Positions 26,527 to 39,954 are shown, counted from the stretch's first letter. The stretch is 64,000 bases of DNA from Dimorphilus gyrociliatus (GCA_904063045.1 CAJFCJ010000005.1:420685-484684), one strand, 5' to 3'. Made by a program: numbers and translations. The notes: generated by a model not told the origin, from the letters alone.

Positions 26527-27115
26527 GGTATAGATAGAGGTTATTGTCATATCCTATTTATTTTCTTCTTGTAGTAGTATTGAAATATTTGTTCGTATCA
26601 AAGATACTTTAATACGTATTTAGGAAGAATATTATATCAAATTATTCACAACTCCAGAATACTATCTATAATTATATATAGAATTTCTTCTTGGCTGTTA
26701 AACATAATGTTATAGGCCTATATTATTATATAATATACAATGGAATTTATACTTTCAAGTTGATAAATTGTATATAGATACTTAGAGCTTAAGCAACAAA
26801 CTTTAAAATTAATATATTGTATAATAATAATTTTTGATCAAGGCCTATTTTAAACATTGGCTACGATCTAAACTAATGATAAAACTAATAGAATACTATT
26901 AAAGAAAGACTAATATATAGAAATTTGGCCTATATTTCTAGCTCTTATATAGGATAACTTGGAACTAAGTTCTAATATTTCATGTATTAGTCTCGTTTTT
27001 TATGTAGTTTATGTTAAAATGTATGCAACGGGCTGAGTTCTTATCTCTTCTCTATCGGCCATTTGTAATAGAGGAATACACAAACAGCTAAAATTTGCTT
27101 GTTTTCCACATCGTC

Positions 27116-29145
27116 ATGTCAGAATCGATAGAAGAATATTTTACAATTCTTAGTCTTCAAGATTTGAGTTTGATTGCTTTGTCAAAGAAGCCTTACAAGG
27201 TCTTTAATCATCAATTCCATGAAAGAAATATAAGAATACCATCGGCTATTGTTGAAAAGTTATTTCGATATCTATCCTTACAATTTACTGGCTTCCCAGA
27301 AGAATATCTTCAATATTTTTCATCCAGAACATGCAATTTTCAAAAGATTCAATTTGACGCATCTCAATTAACGAATGCTTGTTCAATGGATTTTCTTAAA
27401 GGTCACGCTCCAAAAGAAATTGATATACAGAAATTACAAGTTAGCGAACTGAGACAATGGTTAGCTTTAATTAATCCTGAAAATCTAGAGAAATTATCTA
27501 TTAGCAAAGGCTCTTTAGACTTTTCTATAGATTTAAGATCTGATTGTTTAAATATAGAAAACATTACTATTTTAAAACAATGTAATAACCTAACAACCTT
27601 GGATATTTCCATTACACCATTCAATACGGATTGTTTGAATTTTATTAGTTGTAATCTACAGAAATTAGAAAGATTGAATATTTCAAAAACAAGAGTAAAC
27701 AATCTTAGTTCTTTAATTCATATAAACAATCTTATAGAGTTGAATTGTTCCTACTGCCATTTTGAAAGCTATCAAATTTCTTACGATATCTTAAAGGATT
27801 TAAAATCTTTACAAAGGTTGAATATAACTCAATGTAAAATTAATAAGAAAAGTACTTTCTACGTAAAGGATTTTGTTAACTTATCCTTTTGGCCTAATAT
27901 GGAATTAATAGAGATTTCTAATAATAGAATAGTTAGGGATGACGAAGCTTTTGAGTAAGTTCATATCTCCTTTGAAAAAACTATATTCTATTCTCTATTC
28001 ATTTTTATTAAAAAGGGAATTTCTAGATAATCATCCGAATGTGGAGATTATTGGAATTTTTGAAAATATTATCCGATCCTATGAAGAAGTACGCGAGAAA
28101 CCTTCTCATATTTTTTCAATTGATGTAAGTGATATAGATAGTTTTTGTTGATGTTACTTGAATCTTTCGCTTAATTTAAACAGTCGGTAAGGTCAATGAT
28201 TAATTACTATATGAATCGTCGATCTGGAATGTGTATAGATCCAAATATATTCTACTATAAAGGAGTAAACAAGAGATTATTGGGGGAAAAAGACTCAGAA
28301 GACTTTGGCGTTCTTAAAGCGTTATTATCTGTAATTATTCAGTTAAAAGGAATATAACGTCATCTTCTATTCATATTCATTTTATACAATTTTTTTTATC
28401 TAGATCTTATTGGATCTTGGTGACAGGAACGAATATATTTTCTATAAAACTGGCGAATTTAAACAATACCATCCAGTTGATTGTTTATTAAGAGTAACTG
28501 ATTATATAGACCTGTCGAGAGATAGTTTTAAACGCTTGAAACTTATTCTTCTCTGTTCAAAAATATTAAAATATTTCATAGAGAACGATATTGCTAAATT
28601 TAATTCGTATATAATCGTTTCCTGCTTTCATTTACTCGCTAAACATTCGCCATTTTTGGATATTGTAAGCATTATCATTAACATTATTGTTCTATTTAGT
28701 AATTCTTTCTTTTCCCAAAGCCTACAGATAGATTTGAACTTTCAATAAACGCTTTAAAAGTCTCCCACTATTCGGAAGATAGGGAATTATCCGTAGCAAC
28801 TCTGAACGCTATTTTAACTGAAGAACTATTAATGACGGTTAGTTTAGCTATAAAACGGGTAAAGAATCTATTATAATTAATTTATCTTCTTATGAACAGT
28901 TACCCGAGAAGAAATTTGTCATTTTCCTAAAAACCTTTGAGTTTTTCCTACATAGTTTCCCATTTAGAGAGATGAGAAATATTCCTTTTATGAATAAGTT
29001 TGTTTCAAGAATCGTTGGCATTATTCAAAATCATAAACAACTTGAAATAGAAAAGGATATTTTACACTGGAGAGGAAATCCTTCATTTCAAATACAAATT
29101 CCATCAAAAATACGTATAAACATTAGATTATCAAAATCTCCATAA
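27116..29145 (+). CDS. ZYG11/ZER1-like protein, copy 8 (multi-exon)
   Basis: ATG at 27116; LSLQDLSLIAL / RIPSAIVEKLF; LRRs; exon 2 EFLDNHPNVEI; last exon LPEKKF..LSKSP, TAA at 29143-29145. Confidence 0.76.
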
Positions 29146-29851
29146 ATACCAATAGAATATAATACTTCTAAACTAACATTTATTGATTAAATGATTGTTA
29201 AATTTCATTGAATATTCAATTAATTTTACGTTATAAGTATATTTCTATTATGTGGCAAATGGTGTTTTCTTTTCTTGCTGTTCTTCAGAAGCAACATTGA
29301 TAAGAAACAGTGAAAATTTTACATCTTCCTTTTGTCTAATTTGTTCAATTATAGTATCTTTGTTCTGCGTCTTATCATTTAATAAAAACTAAGAAATATT
29401 CTCCTCTATACTGTATAGCTAACCTTAAATAACTGTGAATAGTATGAAAAACAAATAATAAGGCATTAAATAGGACATTTGATGTAGAAATATCTTATAG
29501 GCTAACAACGCCTATATAAAGAATATTAAGTGAGAAAAATATTTATTAGTATATTTGTCTCCTTCGCTACTTTCGTCGTTATCTTTCAATTTTCATAAAT
29601 AAGAGATAAAAGAGCGTTAAAATATCAGAAATTGAACGATCTATGCAGACTGAATATTGGCTTTTCTAGTTTTATTAGATTACCTAGTTGTTTACTCAAA
29701 ATACAAGTTTTATAATGAAAGTTTGTTTTTCTTGAACTGGTATTACGTAACAGAGATGATAAGGGAAGTAAACAATAATAATTGTTAAAAAAAATCAATA
29801 GGTAAATGATTCATTCGAATGTACAACATTATATTACGGAATTTATAGATA

Positions 29852-31927
29852 ATGGTGTGGACTTTACAAGAAATAGTACTCCGTTTTTTTGAACGAAATA
29901 TCCATCTAATTCTATTAAAAGAAACACAAATTCCATTCTACATTTCAGAAAAGCTTTTTAGATATTTGGATAAAAGAAATTATGGAATTTTAGAAGAAAA
30001 TTTGACTTTTTTCGCTTCAGATAAAACTCCATTACATCGTTTAAAATTTAATGGACGAAGAATTACCGATATATCGTCATTTTCTTTTCTTGAATATCAT
30101 TATCCAAGATATTTATCAATTAACGGTATTCGTAAATTTGGTACTTCTGAATGGATACAATACGTCAATTTTAATAATTTGACTGAATTATCTATAAGCA
30201 ATTGCCTACTGTGCAAAGTAAATACCAATGAAGATAAAGCTACAACAGTAAATTCTTTCATTCCAAAATCCTGTCTAAATAAATTAATAAAGTTGGATTT
30301 TAGTTGGACGGATTTTGATGATGGTTGCTTAGAATTGATAAGCGATTGTTGTCCATGTTTAGAAGATCTGAATATTTCTTATACAAACGTAAAAAGTCTA
30401 CAAGCGATAACTAAATTAAGAAAATTAATTAGATTGAATTATCACGAAAATGCTTGTTGTTTGCACGATTTTGAAGAATTGAAATATTTATTAAAATTAC
30501 CATTTCTTCGATATTTAAGCATATCGTACAATACTTCAAGATTTCGTAAAACACCTTTAGATTGGCTAAAAAATCTCCTTAGAAAAGCTTCTTGGCAATA
30601 TCTACAGCATTTTTTCGTTACTGGAAGATGTGAACTCGAAGAAGAAGATGTTAGGTTCGATTCTTTAATAGGTTTCTCTTTCGTTTTTAAATATTTCTTA
30701 ATATTTCAGATATTTTCTTCAAAGTCATTCAAATATGAAATATTTTGGTATTTATCTATTTTCTGGTAAGAACTTTTCAAGCATCTCTCCAATAATCTAC
30801 CCAAAAAATGATCAAGTATATAACTTTAGTAATACGAGATATACTGGGTTACCATTTGTAATATTGAACAGATAAAGAAAAATATTGAATTTATCGATAT
30901 GAACGAATGCGTTGACAATTCAATTAATTACGGTGAAGTTAGAGAAAAAGCATTATATATTCAACAAACATATGCGGAATTAATTAAAGTGAATGAGGGT
31001 CAAAGGTTAAATATATTAAATTCAATAGTTACAGACAATTTCTGGGAGGTAAGATGAAAATTTACTGTCTTATTTTAATACAATTTGAAATAATATGTTT
31101 ATAGATTCTCTTTGAAAATATTGACTATTCAAGAAAAGTGAATACTATACATTTCTTTAAACCATTTAACAGCCAAATGATATTTATATATTCGTTTATG
31201 ATCATAAATTGGATTACTGGATTACCGAATAATCAAGAATATTGGTTAAAAATACTAGAGATAATATGCGGCATATTAGAATATAATTTAATGAAAGACA
31301 TTCAATTACATAATTCATTACTTGTTGATTTATTCTCTGAAATTATCATTAAAAAATTCCATCTATTAAGTCTGGTAATAACTTAAAAACAATAATTTAT
31401 TCATGCAATTAAAATCTCCTAACTCCTATCTTTCTATCTATTCACATTAGATTACGAAAAAGATCAAGCTTGGTACAACCTTATTAAGGATGATCAAATC
31501 CAATTGTCGTTCCGGTAATGTTTTAATACTATTGGTGAAAATATTTCAAGATATTGATTTTCAAAATGTATGAAAATATTATCTCATTTTTATCATCTTT
31601 TTTCCATTGATTTGTTGAAATTTTCTACTTTTTTTCTTACAGTTGAATGAAAACGAAGTTGATAATCTGTTGAAAAGTTTTAAATACTTTTGCAATATAT
31701 TTGCTGATTATTATATTAATTTTTCAAATGAGAATGAAATTAAACACTTGAAAAGGGTTGAAGAATTATGCGTTTCCGGTCTATCGAATTATTTGGATTG
31801 TTTGGAAGATAGTAAAGAACCAATATTGAATGATTTAAAATGTAAATTGTTAGCCTCGTTAAAGATAACTGCATTTAGGCCAAAATTACCAAATTTTTAC
31901 GAGCTTTGTGATTCAACATCATGTTAA
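29852..31927 (+). CDS. ZYG11/ZER1-like protein, copy 9 (multi-exon)
   Basis: MVWTLQEIVLRFF / QIPFYISEKLF; LRRs; exon 2 YFLQSHSNMKYF..IIYPK; last exon LNENEV... Confidence 0.78.
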
Positions 31928-32326
31928 ATAATCATTAATTAGAAAACGGAGAGAGAGAGAGAGAGAGAGTTCGGATAAAATTGAATTGATAAAATACAAA
32001 CAACTATAGTCGTTTCTTTTTCAAGTTTTCCCACTGATCTCTTTCTATTAAGCCATAATCATTCGCCCTAGACCTAGTGGAGGTACTTTTTTTAAACAAT
32101 ATTAGCCTAAACCACCCACGGCACATTAAACATTCTCTTACATTTTCTTATCTAATGTTATCATCGATTACACAGTAACTATTACACGAATGTCAAACAT
32201 CTCGTTTGATATTATAATAAGGCGCTTTTTTCTCTATAAAAACAATTGTAGTATAACTGTATTTGTGCATTAAATATTTTCTTAAAAGCTAAAATATAAG
32301 GAGAACTGGATTTGAAAAAAAATTGT

Positions 32327-32398
32327 AGGTTCCACCGAGATTTGAACTCGGATCGTTGGATTCAAAGTCCAAAGTGCTAACCGTTACACCATGGAACC
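32327..32398 (-). tRNA. tRNA-Gln-TTG: tRNA-Gln(TTG) copy 1
   Basis: Reverse complement of the 32957 copy; anticodon loop CTTTGAA. Confidence 0.97.
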
Positions 32399-32956
32399 TC
32401 AGATATTAATATTTAGCTATATTATTCTTTCCTTCAGGATTGATTTCCTATTTATTAAGGCGATAGCAAAATAAAAAAAGAAAGAAGAACAAAATGACAT
32501 ATACAGTATACTATATCTTATTCTTATATACAGTATTTTAACTTGTTCATACAACTTTCATAGTATTCTCTGTTAGAAAAATGAAATATTGAATCCCAAT
32601 GGCAGAACAATCAATAAAATGGATAAAAAAACTGGAACTATAGCTTTCACCTCTATAAATATTGGACAATACTTTAGTTAATTGAATTGATATAAGTAAT
32701 TATAAACTAATGTAAAGGGAAAAGGATTGAAATTCATTTTAGTTTGAATGGCTTTTGAAAGAAAGATACATATTTGAAAGTAATTAGTCAGACTTTGTTT
32801 ACTGTTGTCTGGATAGAGATAGAAATTTTTCGTAAAACAGTAGTTTTTACCTATATTACTAATACAATACACTATTAATTATAAACGATTAGCCCACTAT
32901 TTCTTTAAACCAGAGACAAAGTAAACATCCATAGTTTGGTTAGAATTTACAAAAAA

Positions 32957-33028
32957 GGTTCCATGGTGTAACGGTTAGCACTTTGGACTTTGAATCCAAC
33001 GATCCGAGTTCAAATCTCGGTGGAACCT
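32957..33028 (+). tRNA. tRNA-Gln-TTG: tRNA-Gln(TTG) copy 2
   Basis: Full cloverleaf followed by a T-run terminator. Confidence 0.97.
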
Positions 33029-33147
33029 ACATTTTTTTTTTTTGGTTTTTTTTTTAACCTTCTATCCTAGAGATTTTTGTTTGTAAAACAAGAGAGAGAG
33101 AGAGAGAGAGAGATTTTGGAAATACTTACGCTAAACATGTTTGTCTT

Positions 33148-33221
33148 GGCCCGTTAGCTCAGTTGGTTAGAGCGCCGTGCTGATAACGCGGAGGTCGTGG
33201 GTTCGACCCCCATGCGGGCCA
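33148..33221 (+). tRNA. tRNA-Ile-GAT: tRNA-Ile(GAT) copy 1
   Basis: Cloverleaf with anticodon stem CCGTG/CGCGG and loop CTGATAA (GAT at 33182-33184); eukaryotic Ile-type body. Confidence 0.93.
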
Positions 33222-33316
33222 TATATAACTTTTTGTTTTCGATTATCAATAATAAATTAATTAACTAATATTTTATTGTTTTGAATATCAAATATTAAAA
33301 ATAAATCAATAAGAAT

Positions 33317-35332
33317 TCAAGTAAAAAGCTGAACTAAATCCAAGATAATTCCATTGATTTGTAATGTGAAGCAGTTTTTTGTCCTCATTTTAAAATTCCT
33401 TTGAACAATTAACAGACTAGAGATACATTGATTCCTTATCATCTGAACATACTGTATCAAGTTCCTTCGAACGTAGACTTTCTGGGAAAATTTAAGTCCT
33501 TCTAGTAGTGTTCGAGTAGAATTGACAAATTCATAAATATCTAGGTCGGGAAACTGCAAAATGAAAATGAAGTGTTAAAGCTGACGATACGATATGAATT
33601 GTTTTACATTTTGAAAATTAATATCCCTTAGTAGTTTTTCCAGAAGAAGAAATATATTCTTTGTCCAAGGATTATAATGATTCTTTCTTAGAATTCTTAT
33701 AGCCAGTTTGGTTTTGCTTGTTATCTAAAAAGTAAACTTAATGAACAGCTGTTCAATTGATAAAAAAAAGGAAAAGTAGAAATATACCTGATTCAAGAAA
33801 TGATAATGAATTAGTAGTAATTCACAAATTCCGTTATTAATTCTCAAATCTTCATTAATTAAGAGAGTATATACAATTCGTATTATTGTTTTTCTAAAGT
33901 CATAATAACCTGGTAGTATACTTAAATAATTGAAAATGGTAAAACAGGATGAGAGAATACACTTTTGTTCAAAATCTCTTGAACGATTGTGAATAAATCG
34001 TTTATTCCTATCAATTAATTTAAGCATAATCTAGAAGAATTTTAATAATTCAGAATACTCTATTGTTATTATATGTAATATTTCATGATTTACCTTCCAT
34101 AGTTCATCAACTGGACCAGATTGAAAAAATTTCAATCTCTCTTCTTTGGTTTTACGTTCAAGTTTAGCTTTTAAACTATGCAGACAAAATTCAGACTCTT
34201 CCTCGCATTCTTGAAAACCATTCAAAGCCTTAATAATAAATTCAAGGGAATATAATGTAGTAGTATGATGGTTTTTCTGCAAAGATAATTCAATTTATTA
34301 AACTCTTTCTCGTATTGAAATAAGACGTTCTTTACCACTTGAAATTTTGGATAATAGATGTTTGAATGATAACAGTAATCTTTTACTAAATTTGTATCAA
34401 TATCAATTAAATCAATCCAAAAAAATTGTAGATTAGAGTGCAAACTTAAAAATTGTCTAGAAGAAGAGAATCTAGGTCATATATTTTGAACAGTAAATGA
34501 ATTATATACCTTATACAGTATATATTTACCTAATAAATAGAAAATTAACACGAATCTTTGTACATATATTGAAATATTTCAAATTGATTGAAAATGGTTT
34601 TGTAAAGAAATATTCAATCCATTTTTCAGTTATGACATTAAAATAGATTTTCTTAATATGAATTCTTTCTAATAATTGAATTTTTTTTAAATGAATTAAT
34701 TGTTTAAATGATATTCTATAATTATTTGATGAAAATTGAATATTAATTAAATTCTTTAATCTTTTTAAATATGAAAATTTTGTAACATTTGTATTTGAAA
34801 TGTTCAATTCTTGTAAAAGTTGTAATTTCTTACAAATATACTTTAAACATTCATCATTGAAATTTGTATTACTAATATTCAATTTAGTTAAATTCTTGAA
34901 TGGTTTTAAGCAGGTTATATCTTTTAAATAATGAAAATTCTTTAAATTATTTGATTTTCTAGTCAATTTACAACTGATTATTGAAAGTTCATGTAAATAT
35001 TTTGGATTAACGATTGAAATCCATAGAGATAAGTGAAAATTTTGTATATTATCTACATAAAGATATTGAAGATCATGACCTTTAAGGAAATTTAATGATG
35101 ATAATCTTTGAATCTTTTCACCGTTAAATCGTAAACGATATAATCTTGTATTTTTAGAAGAGAAATATTGTAATATTTCTTCAATTATACCAAAATTCGA
35201 TTCTTCTATAATATGAAAGATATCTTCGCATATTCTGCAAGGCAATTTAATGTCTTTCTTTGAGCAATTTTCAAGAATAGGATACGCGTATCTATCCAAA
35301 TTAAAAAGGCAGATCTCTCTTAAAGATAGCAT
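33317..35332 (-). CDS. ZYG11/ZER1-like protein, copy 10 (multi-exon)
   Basis: MLSLREICLFNL (canonical BC-box Cys) and DIKLPCRICEDIF, close to ZER1 DIFLPSEICDRL as I recall it; FSSKNTRLYRL; LRRs. Confidence 0.82.
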
Positions 35333-35696
35333 TGACAATAATATCTTCAACAAAGCAACTGCAATATTGTTTAATTGTATTAACAATGAGTCATTTATCG
35401 ATTTAGGTAAATTCTTTACAAGCAAAAAAATGATTCACACAAAAAAGTATATTTATGAAAAACAAGCACATAGCTTAAATATATAATGGTGAGTTTAATA
35501 TACAAAGTATATAATACACTGTATATATAACTCTATAGAAGCAAACAAACTGATGTATTCAATACAATAATAGCTTAATATAATAAAAAAGTATTACCAG
35601 TTTCTATTGATAATGCATTTTTTTTATTTGATTTCTTAACTTTTTATTAAAGAGATTTTTTCATTCAAAACTAATCGTAAATTCTACATGCACGAC

Positions 35697-35770
35697 GGCC
35701 CGTTAGCTCAGTTGGTTAGAGCGCCGTGCTGATAACGCGGAGGTCGTGGGTTCGACCCCCATGCGGGCCA
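35697..35770 (+). tRNA. tRNA-Ile-GAT: tRNA-Ile(GAT) copy 2
   Basis: Identical to copy 1 (GAT at 35731-35733); T-run downstream. Confidence 0.93.
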
Positions 35771-35906
35771 GTCTATAGTTTTTTTTTGTAATAAATAACA
35801 TTCAAAACTATTGTAGTAATTCATTTCTAAATGAATTGTTATTTATTATTGCTAATTTAAATAATTCGACTATCTTCTTTCATTCATAGTTTAGTTACTC
35901 GTGTAA

Positions 35907-35978
35907 GGTTCCATGGTGTAACGGTTAGCACTTTGGACTTTGAATCCAACGATCCGAGTTCAAATCTCGGTGGAACCT
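35907..35978 (+). tRNA. tRNA-Gln-TTG: tRNA-Gln(TTG) copy 3
   Basis: Identical to the other Gln copies. Confidence 0.97.
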
Positions 35979-36399
35979 AGACTATTTTTTTCTTTTTAGA
36001 TTTGAATAGAAAAGAGAAATAGGCATACCTGTATTTTACGATTAATAGTTGATTGTCTACTAATTAAAGAATGATTTTTTATTTACAACGATATGAATAG
36101 TATCACGTAATTATTAATAGAAAGTATTAAAAAGATGTTTGTAATTCATTTGCAGTTCTTCAGTTGTTTTGTTTGTATTGAATTTAATATAAAACACATG
36201 AAAATATAAATTGGTTTTACTTTCTAGCCAGAGAAAAAACGTGATTCCAGGTAATCAAGGGTTTTCAATATGACTTGAAGGTAACCTTGTTATATTCTAT
36301 TGTTTACACAGTTATTTTATCACTCAATAGTCCAAATATATGAATATATACAAGGGGAAATGATAGAAAAGTTATTAAGCAGCCTTACTTGTGTAGTTT

Positions 36400-39299
36400 T
36401 CATTCAACACATCTGTTAAAAGTTGGGTCAGTGATTGAGCGTTTAATTAATGACATACTATACACATTATTGCTTTTCATTAAGACATTATCGATTAGAG
36501 AAGTGTTCATTCTTAATTGACTTAATTGACAAACACCACATTTAAATATATAAGACATTCCTGTACAATGCGTATCTTGGCGACAAATAGTCATACAACT
36601 TTTAATTGAAATTTTTAATTTTGTTGAGAAAATATTTTCTGGTTTTAAAATATGAAATTGAAAAGGAACAAAGTAATTCTTCATAACTAGATTTTGCCTG
36701 ATACTAGTTTCCTTCGTAATTAGGTCATCTTGTAAACTTGAATTGGATACTTTTACCGATAAGACAATTTGTTTTTATTATTAATATTGATTTGATGAAA
36801 AAAAAAAACTGAAAATTACCTGAACAGTTCAAGCGCGTGTTTGATGAATTAGTCAAAGATATTTTTTCTAAAGCAGCTACACTTATTTTGTTAGCAAATG
36901 TCTTTGAAATGGATTTAATTTCAATTCGATCTACTTCCTTTGATAAAAGTATGTCGTAATACGCATATCGCATATACAAAGGAATGGTTATAAATTTTGA
37001 AGATATCAATTTATTACTCTCAAACAAGTAAACTTTTCCAGAATGCGATTGATCTAGAAGAATTCAATAAGTAAATATAATAAATTACAAACATATGTGA
37101 TATACTGCATATCAAATACCTTACCATTATTATTATATGTACAATAACCAGATTGAATAGAAATATTGGATGTTATTTGCGAAGAGCATAAAAGTTGTGA
37201 GTCCAAAGATCTACAAACAAAGAAAAAGGAAATATAAATGCCATAATAAAATTTATATATATATATATAACTATTAACTTGCAATTTAGATAGTTATCAT
37301 TAAGCCATGTATCAAATGGTGATAAGTTAGACTTATACTTGCAATCTATAAAAGAAAAGTCAATTATTATTTCAATATTGTGTTCAATTTAAGAAAAAAT
37401 GAATATGAATATTATCACCTATTTTATTAATCAGAATTGATAAAACACTAACATATACAGTTTTATAAAATGAAATAATGATTATTTCATTGCTAACTGT
37501 TAAAGAAAAACTTTTAAACGGATATCTTTCTATAGATACTTCTCTTGAAATGCTAATTTTTGACTTCTTCAATATACCCTCACTGTTTAATTTATCTTTT
37601 GAAATAGTAACAAATGCACTATATGAAATATCCACTTTATCTTTCGACACCAAAAAACACCATTGTAAAGTTACTAGCCAATTTAAAGATTGTAATACAT
37701 GATGCGTTGGACCTTTTTTTTATTATCAAGTAACGATAAAAGAGATTCTATTAGTTGTTTTTTCAATTGAAATACACTTTTAAATATACTTACACTCTTT
37801 AAAAATGAATATTAATCCTCGAATATTATTCTTTTTACCATATTGATTGAGAACTTTTAATGTTTGATACGATACGAATGTTGAATAGTCAAATACTATT
37901 GTCAGCATTCTTTGATTCGATGATATATATGGCACCGTTTCGCAAAGTAATGGATTAATTGAATAGACAGACGTTTTCTCAGTAATCTTAAGAAAGATTT
38001 GATAAAGTTAACATAATAAATAAATCTCTATGAAAGATATTTACAATGAAATTATTCGCTAAAACCTCTTCCTGACAATATCCTTTAAAAGTATATGTTA
38101 ATTTGGAAGAGAAGTAACTATAAACAGGCTGAAAATCCTGCGTATTAAACATCAAGTGCAAATTTGACATGATAATCACATATACGAAAATTGCCGTCAT
38201 ATCTTTCAAATCATACGATTCGATTCATTAAAATGCGTATATTATATATAAAAATGCTTTATATTGATTTGTTGATATAATAAATATTATTATTCACTGT
38301 TAATGTGCTTAGACTGTTCATTTCGTTCAAGAAATTAATTAATAATGGAAATTTTGCCTAACATACCATACACTATGTAATTATTAAACAAAACTGATTT
38401 TCTATATATATACTGAATATCAATTTAATAACCGAATTAACAGTAAAAAAATGTCTGTGTCAACTGAAGACAAGTTGTATTCATTATTAGAAATTATGAA
38501 TAATTTATGAACGACTTTTTTTTCTCTTCTCTATACATCTTTATGATAAAAATAGATAAAAAAAAAGTATTAACAGAGGTCAATGACGCATTTTAATCAA
38601 CTAGAATTCAATTCTTTATACATTTTTAAGACTAATTAGTTAATTATTTTATTTCGCTAATGTAGGTTTAGATAGATATTCATACTATCCATTTTTAACC
38701 GATTGTACAAATGTCAAATAATCCCTCTTTATTGAGTTTGAATCATGAAAATGATAATTCAAATTAGATGTTTTGATACACTTACCTGAACAATTTTGGC
38801 GCTCATAATAATTATACATATTAAAGGATTTGAATGAAGATGCATGAGTATGTCGAGTTGCGTAGCTCAAATGACAAAATTCCTCGTCGAATTGATAGAT
38901 AACTGATCTAAAATATTTAAAAATATAATATGAAAATATTAAAGACGGCTAGAGAGAAAATATAAACAACAGACAGAAGAGGGAGGAAACAGAAATTTGC
39001 ATTAGGACTTATACAGGGATAAATACTATAGTACTAGAAATTAAGTTTACTTGCAATCACTCCTGGAATCGCAAACTATTTTACAATCATCTACAGGTAT
39101 AAAACCTTTTGCACTTCCCCATTCAGGAACCGTTATTTTATGACCAGCTATAGCCTTTTTGTGGATATATTCATAACAATCACATGCCACTAAAACATTC
39201 CGTCCTGGAAGTTAAGTATATTGATATGAAAAGAAAATATACAGTACCTTTATCGAGTGATAGATAGAAATAAAAGCAAAGGTATATAGCAGTATTCAT
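36400..39299 (-). CDS. Secreted multi-exon protein with N-terminal (and probably C-terminal) PAN/Apple domain
   Basis: Exon 1 (39299-39248) MNTAIYLCFYFYLSLDK; then CDCYEYIHKKAIAGH..DCKIVCDSRSDCKSVIY..CHLSYATRHT..YNYYERQNC (PAN pattern); last exon SCMTICRQDTHCTGMSY..CQLS. Middle exons uncertain. Confidence 0.65.
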
Positions 39300-39954
39300 T
39301 TTTAATTATTCCAATTGAAATAGATGAAGTCCTTGACACATGATAGTGTATCCTTTAGGTCTAAATTCACTATTTGATTATACAACTATTTTTCTCAATG
39401 CACTGTAATTGCTTAGAATGAAAATAGTTTTCCAACTGAATATTAATGGCGAAAAAATATGAATTTTGCAATTCTTTATCCAAAAAGCCTGATCAATATG
39501 TCTATATAAAATATATAGACAATTTAATGATTAAAATTTGCTATTCGGCAGACAATAAATCAAGTTTCTCTCAACTAATAACTATTATATTGGAAATGAA
39601 AGATTTCTAAATTATTAACATAACAAAGACTACTCCTTTTTCATCACTTTACTAAATAGAAGATTTTTATTGGGCGATTACCAGTTTCATAGAATGAGGT
39701 AAAACAAAGCAAATGATTTAAATGTCACAACATATAATATTTATGACGTAGAAATAAATTATGAAAGTTGTTGGTCTCTGCTTGTTTAGTATATTCTTAT
39801 AGCTTTTCCTTTCATTTCACCAACAGTATGTGCATATAGTATACTTAGCAATTTAAAGATACACACTCTTAAAAGTTCTGTTCTTTAGAAAGAGACCTCT
39901 AGCGTGAAAGTGACTGTTCATTATATTTATTTTTGGTTATTGAAAGCTCCGACA

